Of a DNA stretch of 38,008 nucleotides, positions 10,011-20,699 are shown piece by piece; the first letter of the stretch is position 1; each line of letters starts with the position of its first letter. The translations under genes and the position numbers were made by a program. The stretch covers positions 999,229 through 1,037,236 of the forward strand of contig NW_008246075.1 of assembly GCF_000281045.1 (NCBI RefSeq), in the 5' to 3' direction. The notes beneath the pieces were generated by a model, which worked only from the letters and a program-made list of their open reading frames with translations, ran no database searches and had not been told where the DNA came from. This DNA is from Saprolegnia diclina VS20. Taxonomy: Eukaryota.

Positions 10011-11501
10011 CAGTGCACGCCACCTGTACCCTACCAGATGAATGTGGTCCAAAACTTTTGAATCCTAGCTCTGAGTTCTCATTTTTATACCAAAAGGACG
10101 TTATAGATCGACTGTTCTGTCCAAGACGAAGAGATGTATAAGAGCCGATCGCAATGAAACGAAAAACTGACGAAGCTATGGGCGTTCAAAGTTGGGCATC
10201 ACAGGACCACGGGGTCCGAAATTGTTACAAAAATTGACCGGATAACATGGAGCCCCATCCGGATAAGCCCCACCGGCGCCGGATGAGGTGTAATTATCCG
10301 GATGTCGAGCTCTCTCGGCCATTTTCCATGCCTCGGAAGACCAAGCGAGACCTGCACTTGGAGCACGCACGCAAGGCCCGAAAGCTGGACTGCGCTGAGG
10401 CCGTCTCCGCAGCACAAGGTACTTTGCGCTAGGACAGCTTTCTACAACTGACTATTGTATCTAGGCCCACCCCTGGAGCAGGAGGAGACGCTTCTTGACG
10501 ACGGCATCGAGGTCGACGACTCGGAGGACGACAACTCAGAGGACGAAGACTTCTTCATGGTCACAGGCAACATCAACGTCGACGAGGGTCCACGTGAAGA
10601 AGGTCCAGATGAAGAAGAGACTCCAGTTGTTTGGACCATCGCGCACGATGACAAGGCTGCGCAGCGCAAGCGAGCCGCGTGCGTCGGCACCAGATGCTTC
10701 CTGTGTTCGAGGCCCTGCACCCGGATTGCGTCGGCGTCTTTCTGTTCGACAACACCACCAACCATGGTGCTTTTGCTGCCGACGCGCTCAATACGTCAAA
10801 CATGAACCTCAACCCCGGCGGCAAGCAACCCAAGCTGCGCGACGGCTGGTACGAGAAGGATGGCGTGCGTGTCACGCAGTCGCTGGTCAAAGCTCCCGAC
10901 GAAACGCCCAAGGGTATCAAGATCGTACTCCAGGAGCGGGGCCTTTGAAGCGCCAGCCTCAGACTCGACACGGCCAAGGACCTCCTCGGATCCCAGCCCG
11001 ACTTCACGTCCCAGAAGGGCTGCGTTGAAGAAACCATTGAGGCTGCTGGGCACGTCGCTCTCTTTCTGCCCAAGTTTCACTGCGAGTTCAATGTCATCGA
11101 GATGTACTGGGGTGCCCTCAAGTACTACTGCCGAGAGCACTGCGATTACTCGTTCGCAAAGCTTCTCCCGACGATCGAAGCTGCCATGGAGCACGTCACG
11201 TTAGCCTCCATCTGTCGCTACGCCAGAAAGTGCTGGCGGTACATGGACGCCTATCGCTAAGGCCTATCGTTGGAGGCAGCGGAATGGGCCGTCAAGAAGC
11301 AACGCTCACATCGGCGTATCAACATGTCGGTGCCAGACAAGGCGTAAACGATAGCTTCAAGACCATAAATAGCACCGCTGCGTGATTCATAGCCTAACTC
11401 GATGCTTTCAGATAATTTTGCCTCTTGTCCGGATCCGGATAACACCGGGTCGAAATTGTTACAAAAAGGGCGATTTGGTAGGCTACAGGTGGCGTGCACT
11501 G
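10011..11501 (+). mobile_element. Non-autonomous IS630/Tc1-mariner-like DNA transposon (1491 bp) with 29-bp TIRs and TA target-site duplication
   Basis: Left end TA|CAGTGCACGCCACCTGTACCCTACCAGAT (10011-10039); right end ATTTGGTAGGCTACAGGTGGCGTGCACTG|TA (11473-11501); 27/29 match. Confidence 0.92.
10328..11347 (+). pseudogene. Deleted and nonsense-mutated DDE transposase
   Basis: Starts MPRKTKR..., likely intron 10419-10464, acidic tract, then a frame jump near 10690 into VFLFDNTTNH...PKGIKIVLQERGL*...FLPKFHCEFNVIEMYWGALKYY...CWRYMDAYR*GL...KKQRSHRR. In-frame stops at 10946 and 11258. Confidence 0.85.
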
Positions 11502-11717
11502 TACAACCGCGGTATACGATGACTGCGCCGCCACCTAGCATACGAAATACCTTGTTGCCAGAGTTACTTCAGAGCGGAACTATGCGACAGATTCCAAGGT
11601 AGAGTGGCACTAGACAACACCACACAAATTAGCCAAAACGTTGATGGATTATGCAGCTTAAAGGCAAGTATCAACACAATGCCATGGCATCGGGCGCTAC
11701 AGCGGCGTCGAGCGGCA

Positions 11718-11847
11718 TTAAGCACGGCGCAAACGCGAGGACGACCGGCTGCCCGAGACGGCCGTCGCACTCCATATCTTGTTTTCGAGCTTGCTCTTGA
11801 GATAGCAAAAGCCGTCGTTGATCGTGAAGCCGGCACAGCCACCCGTT
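11718..11847 (-). CDS. Orphan 3' end of a GH6-PAN gene (last PAN half plus RLRRA tail); possibly the missing end of copy B
   Basis: Reads TGGCAGFTINDGFCYLKSKLENKIWSATAVSGSRSSSRLRRA* and is cut by the gap at 11848. Its 3' flank (11617-11717) resembles that of copy D (23008-23109). Confidence 0.8.
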
Positions 11848-12350
11848 NNNNNNNNNNNNNNNNNNNNNNNNNNNNNNNNNNNNNNNNNNNNNNNNNNNNN
11901 NNNNNNNNNNNNNNNNNNNNNNNNNNNNNNNNNNNNNNNNNNNNNNNACAATCTTCATTGCGGGTTGATGCTTTGAGGCCACTATTCCTGGGCACTGGGT
12001 GAAATTTGAGCAAATTGATTCAAATATATTTATTATGTTTTCGAAACCACGCTCTATGCGCCGACCCGCAGCGCTTGGATCATTTCAGTGGCCAAGGACA
12101 CGTCTGTCCGGAAATGCCGGAGACGCTGCGGGCAGGACACTGTGCTTGCATCAGCTTGCTTGCGGCGAGTGAGCGAACCTACGCTGTGCCAATAATGGGT
12201 CCATGCTTGCGTTGTCTCATTGGAGCCGAGGGGAAGGCGTAAGAGAAGTTATCGAAAGCAGCTCCAACGACATAGCAACACCCAGCGCAAATATATGGGC
12301 ACCCGCGTGTCGCGGCTGCGGTCCGCGAGCGACCGAGCGATGCGAGTGAA

Positions 12351-14519
12351 CGTACTACTGGTAGTATCCAATACAAGGACCAGGACCATCGACTGTCGCC
12401 ATGGCGTGCGAGTCTCTGCAAGAGTGATAGAATCGCCAGCGCCTACACACGTGCGCAATTTTTTCAATTCGGTTCGGTGCAAGAGTGTTCTACTCTTTTT
12501 GACCCTCGCACCACATTCGATGACCGATGGCACCTGGTCCTCGCAGGAAGCCTTGTTCGTCGCATCGACTGAGGAATCCAGCATCGGTGGACGCAGCACA
12601 GATCGGTAGCTTCGAGTAGCCGATCGACACCGCGTCCCTTTGCGGCTTCATCTCTGTATTTTCGGCTCTGCAAGCGGCTGAGAAGAAGAAGTTGCTCAGC
12701 ACACCCACGCATCGATGTAACGCAGTAGCAAGTTTGAGGCTCGGCGCATCCAATAGCCGATGCACAGTCGTCATGGCATCGAGCGCAGGTAGGTGCAGCT
12801 GGGGGCAGACAGTCTCGTTTCGTATTTTGTGGGGGAATGTTCGTAGAGTTATGAAATGGCTTACGAACGATCGCAATTTTGCATTCGGCCGGCAACTTGA
12901 TTGATCCGTGGCGATAAGCTCGGGTCCCATTTTTCAATTTGCCCACTTGGACAACCATGAAGCTCAGTCTCACCTTGGCGCTGGCCGCCGCTGCCATCAC
13001 GACCGTCTCGTCTGCCATCTGCAAGGGCCTCGCACCCCCGTCGTACACCGACGCTGTGAAAACCAACCCGCAGTTCGCGCCGGCCATCGACATGATCAAG
13101 CAGTACCCGGTCGCCAACTGGTATGTCGACTGCGGCAGTGACTCGATCAACGAGCTCCTGGCCGCTTGCCCCAGTGACACGCCCGTCATCATCGTCTACG
13201 GTTTGCCCCAAAAGAACTGCGCGTGGGGTTCCAGCGACGGCAAGAACACCAACGCCGACCAGTACAAGGCATGGATCCAGTCGTTGGCCGACCGAGTCGG
13301 CAACCGCAAGGTCATTTACATTTTGGAGCCGAACGCCATTGGCCTCTACTCGACCGGCGACGGCGACAAGTGCGCTAAAAAGTACGGATACCAAGAGAAC
13401 CTCGCCGCGGCCACGAGCATCCTCGCGGCCAACAGCAACGCGCAGATCTACGCGGATGTCGCGGGCTGGGCCTTCCAGGAACCTGCCATCAAGGCCCTCA
13501 AGAAAATCGGCAAACTCGGCAAGCTCACGGGTATCCCGATCAACACGTCCAACTACAAGCAAACGGTTGACATGAACCAGCTGTGCCAGTCGTACTCGCG
13601 GCAGACGGGTGGTCTTCACTGCATCATTGACACGTCGCGCAACTTTAACGGGTCGCCGCAGAACGAGTGGTGCAACGCACGGTCGGCCGGGATTGGCGCG
13701 CCGCCGACGGACAATACGGGCAACCCACTCGTCGACTACTACCTCTGGCTCAAGGTCCCCGGCGAGTCGGACGGGCAGTGCGTGGGCCAGTCGAGCGACT
13801 CGAGCGCCGGTCCCGACGCCGGTCTCTTCTTTCCCGACGGCTTCCAGCGTCTCTGGAACCAGGGCTACTTTGTGGCGGGAGGTGCACCCAAGATCGGCCA
13901 AGATCCCGGTCCGGCGCCGACCCCCGCATCTTCTAGCAGCCAGTGCACGATTGAAGCCAAGACCGACTACTACGGCAACGACCTCACCCGGCACCCGGTG
14001 AGTGGCGACGCCAACAGCTACGTGAGCGTCTGCTGCGACAAGTGCTCAGCAACGAGCGGCTGTGCCGGCTTCACGATCAACGGCGGCTTCTGCACCTCAA
14101 GAGCAAGCTTGAAAACAAGAGCTCGAGCAAGACGGCCGTTTCGGGCAGCCGGTCCAGTGGATCGTGCGGTGCGACCGAGGCCAACACCGACTACTACGGC
14201 AATGACCTCACCCGGCAGCGGGTGAGTGGTGATGTCAGCAACCAAGCCCGATTTTGCTGCGATAAGTGCTCGGCAACGGGTGGATGTGCCGGCTTTACGA
14301 TCAACGACGGCTTTTGCTACCTCAAGAGCAAGCTCGAAAACAAGATCTGGAGTGCGACGGCGGTCTCGAGCAGCCGGTCGTCCTCGCGCCTACGCCGAGC
14401 TTGATACGGCTGATGTAGCCGTCGATGCCATGACATCGAATCAATAATGCCTCCAAAATGCATTATACATCATCATGTTGACATTCCTGAAACGATGAGC
14501 TACTCAGCGCTCTAGTAAA
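12351..14519 (+). repeat. Near-identical duplicate of 1-2163 (GH6 copy A with flanks); tandem paralog or alternate haplotype
   Basis: Offset 12350. Upstream region and much of the GH6 domain are identical; differences cluster at about 13150-13300 and in the linker, PAN repeats and 3' flank. Confidence 0.88.
12957..14404 (+). pseudogene. GH6-PAN copy C: two catalytic Asp>Asn changes and a 1-nt frameshift in PAN repeat 1
   Basis: VYGLPQKNC (AAC 13215-13217) and YILEPNAIG (AAC 13332-13334). TTCTGCACCTC lacks the T of the TAC seen in the paralogs (between 14093 and 14094). The frame stops at 14225; the normal tail continues in another frame to 14404. Confidence 0.8.
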
Positions 14520-14952
14520 CGCCATCGAATCGATGGAGCCGACGACATCCTGGTCTCAGAGGGAGCGTTCATTGGGAGTGGCTTCGGGGACTCTTTGCAG
14601 AACCTATCGGGGTCCGGATAAANNNNNNNNNNNNNNNNNNNNNNNNNNNNNNNNNNNNNNNNNNNNNNNNNNNNNNNNNNNNNNNNNNNNNNNNNNNNNN
14701 NNNNNNNNNNNNNNNNNNNNNNCGGCATGAAATATTAAAATATCAAATTATAATAATACATCGCCTGTTACTCACGCGCGGCCTTCATACGACGTATTGA
14801 TAGTCGCCGGAAACCGCGTGCATTTTAATTCGACCAGTATAACAATAAAATAATAAAATAAAGTCGTCCAGGAAAAACCCCGAATGCGCGTACTGACTAT
14901 ATGATGGATGCCAACCAGTTCGCCTCTTGTGCTCTTCTTCGGACCGGTTGGC

Positions 14953-17682
14953 ATGACCCAAGCCATGTCGAGTGGGGCGTCCTTGGCGGACGCGCTCTCG
15001 CGCCTCCCGCCCCTCGACCCGATGGAGGCCAAGTTCTTCATATCCCACATTGACGCAGCGGTCGACGAAGCGCTCCTGCTCTGCAACGACTTTGGCGCGA
15101 TCCGGTGGCAGCCGCTCAAGCAGAAGGACGGCGTCGTCGTCTCGCGCGCCGCCGACGACATGAACTCCATGTCCAACCACGCGCTCGCCGTGCGCAGCGT
15201 CTGCCTTGTGAACGCGTCCTTTGACGAGATGCTGGACCACTTGACGACCGAGACGACCCGCGACTTTCACGAGCGCGAGGTCGCAGTCAATCCCGCCGAG
15301 TTTCTCGACGGCGCGATCCTGCATGTGCTCTGCCCGCGCGACGTTAATGGCCGCTACGTGTGCATCAAGTGGCACTGCATGAAGTCGGTTGCGCCGCCCA
15401 CCAAGCCGCGCGACTACATCTACCTCGAGGTATGGACCATCGATGCTTCGTGACCTTGTGGTCATGGCCTCTACTAGATTGTCGACTCGTTTGTCAATGA
15501 AGAAGGGCACCGCATTGGGTATCGTCTCTCCAAGTCGATCGACCTCGAGTCGCTGCGGTCGGTCGACGGCACCAACAAGTTTGTGCGGGCGACGACCACG
15601 ATGCTGCACACGTTTCGCAGCAGCGACAGCGCCAGCCGCAATGCGTCGTCGCCCAAAACGCTCTCGGACTTTCAGGTCGAACTGCGGTCCATGGTGCTCG
15701 GCGACTTTAACGGCAAGCTGCCCATGTACGTGACCAACAAGATGTCGGAGCTCGCGGGCCTTCGCGGCGCTGCACTCCGCGACCACTTCGACCAGTCGCG
15801 CATGAACACGCTCAAGTGGATCCAGCCGCACGAATTTGTGCCAACAAGCAAGCGCTCGTTTTGCTCGCTTTGTACGCGCCAATTTTCGCTCGTTCGGAAA
15901 AAGTACAATTGCCGTGCGTGCGGCGACGTCATATGCTCGCAGTGCAGCATGAACCAGCAGGTCGGGACGCGCGAGAAGGCCAAGATCCGCGTCTGCGGCC
16001 GCTGCAACCTCTCGGCGCGCACCAACTCGTTGCCGTCGTCGATCGGGCGCCTCTCGGGGTCGGGCTCGAATTCGCGCGAGTCGATTCAGTTCCGAGATTC
16101 GACGTTCCGGGACTCGAGCTTTCGGGATTCGCAGGCAGGCAACTTTTCTTTTGCGACCACCCGCGTTTCGGAGAAGTACTCGACGATCGACCGGTCGAGC
16201 AACTCGTCCGACTGGTCGTCGTCGTCGGCGCGCGAACTGCAGTACCAGTCGTCGTTTGGCCCGACGACAACTGCACCGTTTAGCACGCCGACACACTACC
16301 GGCGCAGCCACTCGGAGATGCCGCCGACGCACAACTCGACGTCGCCAACCGATCCGAGTACGATATTGACGGGAGACATGTTGGTTGCTTATACGAGGTG
16401 TGTAGATGCGTTGCTGCGTGCGAGCCAAGACTCGCGACCGAGCATGATGGAGCACCGGATGCTCGCTGCATCCATGAACAGCAACGGCACGCCTCGCACC
16501 ATGTCGATCACGTCCAACTCGTCGTCGTCCCGGCCGAGCATGGACCCGTCTCGGCCACCGACGATTCCTCGCATCTCAATCGAAGACATGCAGCACATTA
16601 GCATTGTCGAGCCACCCAAGGTCATGTTGCCACCGACGACGACGACGACGACGACAAGTACGAACCCGTCGACACCGTCACAGCGCCGGTCGTCGCTCGA
16701 GCCGGAGCAGTTTGTCGACATGGCCATGTCGGGCATGGACTTCTCGATCGTTCAGACGGCGTCGACGTCGGACAACGGGGACGGCGACTCGGACCGTCTC
16801 AGCGACCTCTCGTCTGTCTCGGACGTCTTTACCGAACGCTACTCGGAGCGCATGTCGGAGCGTATGTCGGAGCGCATTAGCGAGCTTGACGTCGATGCGT
16901 ACGACGACGCGGAGCAACCGCCGCTGCACGAGGAAGAGATTTCGCTCGACGACTTCGCGCCGCCGATCAAGTCGCCGTCGTCGCTCATGGACCTCGCCAA
17001 GGCCAATTTCGACGACGTCAACTATGTCCGCGAGAGCTTTGCGTTCCACTACGACGATCTCGAGAAGGACCGGTCGTCGATGCGGTCGACGGTCAACGTC
17101 GACAATGACGAGGACGAGTCACTGCAGCGCATGACGCTCGTCATGAAGCTCAACGCCGACATGGACGCGATCACGCGCGACATTTCGACCGTGAAGGAGT
17201 CGACGGTCGACTTGCATATGCGCAACCAAGAAGTGACGGAGAAGATCCAAGACATTGGCCACCACGAGAACCTGCGGCAGTCGACGACCGAGGTGCCTGT
17301 CATAGAGGAAGCGCCGTCGATCTCGGCGCAGCACGAAGAACGCCTCACGAACGCGCTCTCCAAGATCAACCAGGAGCTCTACATGATCCAGAGCAACATG
17401 GAAAGTGTGCGCGAGAGTACCAAAGCGATCGACGCCAAGCTCGTTGAAGTCGTCGACGTGCCGCCCACCGACTCGTCGCGCGAGGGCTTTGTGAGCTTTC
17501 TGAAGGCCGACAGCTTTGAGCTCAACCCGGATGCGGCGGCGCCCAACGGCAACGGGTGGGCTGCCGTCCAGTCGACGGTCACCGGCAAGATGTACTACTA
17601 CAATGAGTCGTGCGGCCAAACGAGCTGGACATTACCGCAGGACGACGACATGAGCTACTCGGACAGCTACGTGGTGCTGTAA
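14953..17682 (+). CDS. START-like lipid-binding domain, FYVE-type zinc finger, low-complexity/coiled region and C-terminal WW domain; 2 exons (14953-15429, 15478-17682)
   Basis: A GT..TAG intron at 15430-15477 (48 nt) joins KPRDYIYLE to IVDSFVNEEGHRIGY in frame. FYVE-like CSLCTRQFSLVRKKYNCRACGDVICSQC...RVCGRC. WW motif GWAAVQSTVTGKMYYYNESCGQTSWTLP. The start could also be 14908 or 14965. Confidence 0.85.
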
Positions 17683-18223
17683 GTTGCCAGGAATAAATAT
17701 AGTAATATTATGTTAGAGTACAATGCACACGATTGTCTTTTGAGTTGAGAATTGCCGTTGTCGGTACGAAGCTGGCAGAAGCCGCGGAACAGGCGCGCGA
17801 CGCGAGTAACGCGACAGCTGCAGTCGTGGAACCGCTCGCGACCATCGATGTCGGCGCCGACAAGAAGGGTCCACGAGACAACCCGAACCCTGGTGGGGTG
17901 ACATCTTGCGAGACAACTGTACCAAGCACCTACACCCCAGCTCCCACCCGCGTGATAACACGTCCGAGGACTAGGGCGAGACGACGCTGCTTGCGATGCT
18001 AAAACCACCGAGCTTTGCGTTGACATGCATGATTTGGTGGTGGTGACGATCTAGTATCGTCGGTGGGACACGACTATCAAGGGCCAATCGGCCGACGCGC
18101 CGAGTCGCCGGGACGGAGACGATGTCTCGCAGCTGGTTCCAACGGCTGCGATTGCTTGGCGCAATGTAGAGTTGGGGCAGACCGAACTGCCTCTTCAGAT
18201 ATTCGAGGACCTTCCAACTCGAC

Positions 18224-20029
18224 ATGGGCACGCCGATGCGCATCAAGCCGCCGGCGTCGGCGGCACACCAGTCGTCGTCAGCGCGACGGTTCCGCCCGAG
18301 CAACAACAACCAAATTGACGTGACGCTCCACGACGTGACGACGATCCACAAGTGCGTCATGCACGTGCGCGCGTTCCGGTACGACGAGAGCATCATGGTG
18401 CACCCCGAGTACTACATTGCGACCGACATTGTGTTTGCGTGCCGACAGTACCCGCACGTCGCGTTTGCGTCCCACTGGGGTACGTGGCGGTCGTTTGAGG
18501 AATTTCGGTCGCTCGACTGTCAACTGCGCACGATCAAGGTCCCTTCCAACGCCGACACTGCGACCACGACGACGGCGTCGATCCCGACGCGGACATGGCT
18601 GTGGTGGCTGCAGACAACCTCCAAGCCGCTGCCTAGCGCGGACCACCCGATGAACCACATCTTGCCGCCCAAGACCCACCGCACGCGTCGCTGGATGTTC
18701 CAGCACCGCACCAAAGCGTTCATGGCCAAGCGCCAAACCGAGCTCCAAGCCTATTTGCAGGACATTGTCAGCACGCCGCTGCGCCTCTTGCACTTCCTCG
18801 ACGTCCGGGCGCCGCCGTTTCTGCGGTACTTTAGCAACTTTGACGTCGGGTTTGGGTCGCACCTCAAGGTGACGGTCTGGAACCCGTCGCTCGCGACCGT
18901 CGAGAAGGGCAAGCTCGACGTTCTCGAAGCGCACTTGCTCGACGATGCCAACCGCGGCATTTTGCTCTGCTCGACGTACGGCTGTCAGTGCCACTTTCGG
19001 TCGCTGGAGCAGAGCCTTGCGGGCCTCGTCGTCGTCCTCGCGATGAAGAAGCTCATGGCGCAGCCGCCCGAGCTTGCGGACGACGTCGAGCGCAGTGCGT
19101 ACATGTGCCTCGTCACCGAGCTCTACCTACCCGACGACATTGAGATTGAGTTTGCGTCGTCGAGCTTGCTCACGCACCGCGCATCGTTTGTGGGTGCGAC
19201 GCCAGCGATTGCGGCCGCCGAGAAGATTCGACTCTACATGACCAACTTTGGCCTCTTGCACGCGGAAGCGATCGCGACCCAAGTGCGCATGAGCGTCATT
19301 GACGTCAAGAAGGTCTTTCACCGGTGCAAGCGGCGGCAGTACGGACGCGTCGGCACGATTGCGCTCAAGACGCTCTGCTCGCTCTTCAACATCACGATCA
19401 CGCTCGTCACCAACGACCACAAGTCGACCATGATCACGGTGACGCCGTGGAAGAGTGTGCCGACCTTACTGACCGAGACGCGGCATCTCATTTGGGGCTA
19501 CATGGTGCCCACGTCGCTCGATGTGCACGGGCAGTATGTGGTCGCACGACCGTTCCACGACGTGGCCGTGCCAACTGCCAAGCCGCTCTCGCTCCTCGAT
19601 TGGCGAGCGATCGACGAAGCCATGGCGCGCAGTATCTCGCACGTCATTGCTGCGAACGCGATCTCGGTCATCGAGACGGACGCCGACCAGCTCCAGCAAG
19701 CAATCCTCGACGCGGTCTGGGACGCGTGCGACCAAAACCCCAAGCGATTCCAGTCGTTCCAGTACACGTCCAAGAAGTACGGGACAACGTCGATGCCAGG
19801 CACGACGTTCTACACGTTTCTCGAGCGCCTCTTTCGACCGGTCGGCGCCGCGTACATCACCGACTTTCTCGTGCACGTGCTGCCCCTCCCGGCCAAGCGC
19901 CAAGCACTTGTACAAGCGCGCTGGGCGAGCTTCCACACCGACCTCGTCGTCAAGCGCGCCGCAATGTTGCACCGCCCGTCGCTCGACTCGTCCGCGTCGA
20001 CTGCATCGACCACGCCCACTGACGCGTGA
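18224..20029 (+). CDS. PX (Phox)-domain protein with an OTU-like middle region and a small helical C-terminal domain
   Basis: 601-aa ORF with coding-like codon bias. PX-like WRSFEEFRSLDCQL...LPPK...FMAKRQTELQAYLQDIV. Calls for the downstream domains are tentative. Confidence 0.75.
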   Translation: MGTPMRIKPPASAAHQSSSARRFRPSNNNQIDVTLHDVTTIHKCVMHVRAFRYDESIMVHPEYYIATDIVFACRQYPHVAFASHWGTWRSFEEFRSLDCQLRTIKVPSNADTATTTTASIPTRTWLWWLQTTSKPLPSADHPMNHILPPKTHRTRRWMFQHRTKAFMAKRQTELQAYLQDIVSTPLRLLHFLDVRAPPFLRYFSNFDVGFGSHLKVTVWNPSLATVEKGKLDVLEAHLLDDANRGILLCSTYGCQCHFRSLEQSLAGLVVVLAMKKLMAQPPELADDVERSAYMCLVTELYLPDDIEIEFASSSLLTHRASFVGATPAIAAAEKIRLYMTNFGLLHAEAIATQVRMSVIDVKKVFHRCKRRQYGRVGTIALKTLCSLFNITITLVTNDHKSTMITVTPWKSVPTLLTETRHLIWGYMVPTSLDVHGQYVVARPFHDVAVPTAKPLSLLDWRAIDEAMARSISHVIAANAISVIETDADQLQQAILDAVWDACDQNPKRFQSFQYTSKKYGTTSMPGTTFYTFLERLFRPVGAAYITDFLVHVLPLPAKRQALVQARWASFHTDLVVKRAAMLHRPSLDSSASTASTTPTDA

Positions 20030-20699
20030 GGACGCAACATTCTGTATTTATGGCGCCAATTCCAGCGTCTTGTAGTAATATAAACTCGTGTTTGCTTCCC
20101 AATCGATACACAAGCGGGAGCGAGAGCACTCCACAGCAAAGGTCCTTGCCATAGTCGCATCGAGGAACTGCAAAGGCGTCAAGTCTGAAGAACTAAAAAG
20201 GTTAGCACCCAATCATTGGCACCCAATGATGCATTTAACCAAAGATAGGCCGACCTACCCATTGAAATGCGAGATTTGAACACCATTTTGAATGAATGAG
20301 TTTCACTGACAACCCAGCTTCCACTGAGCCGACTTGAACCTCCCTCATATCGGTATCGCTAGCGTTTATATATTAGTAATTACGTCGTCCGGCATGTACC
20401 TAGCACGGAAGTACGTCGTGATCCCGCCACCGGGATCGCCATCACTGCAAGCACTCCTGTGGTGCGAGTGGTGGTAGCCGTTTTTGTCCAGGACAACGTT
20501 TGATTTGTCCCGGACAAAAATAGCAACGCGACGCTGACGTGGACGCTGGTTAAAAAACGATAACGCTTTGTATACAAACAACAAGCTTGAATAAAATGGT
20601 GTATTTAAAATATAGCACTTGGTGTTTGTATGTGGCGGACCCGATCTGTGCGCTGCCGAGTTTGAGCCACAAACAAGTTGCTTGTGACGTGTCGAAACC

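Noticed and set aside
14560..14622. GGGGTCCGGATAA at a contig end, resembling motifs inside the Tc1-like element
   Set aside because: Too short, no TIR and cut by a gap.
16634..16655. (ACG)n microsatellite
   Set aside because: Ordinary poly-Thr tract within the START-FYVE-WW coding region.
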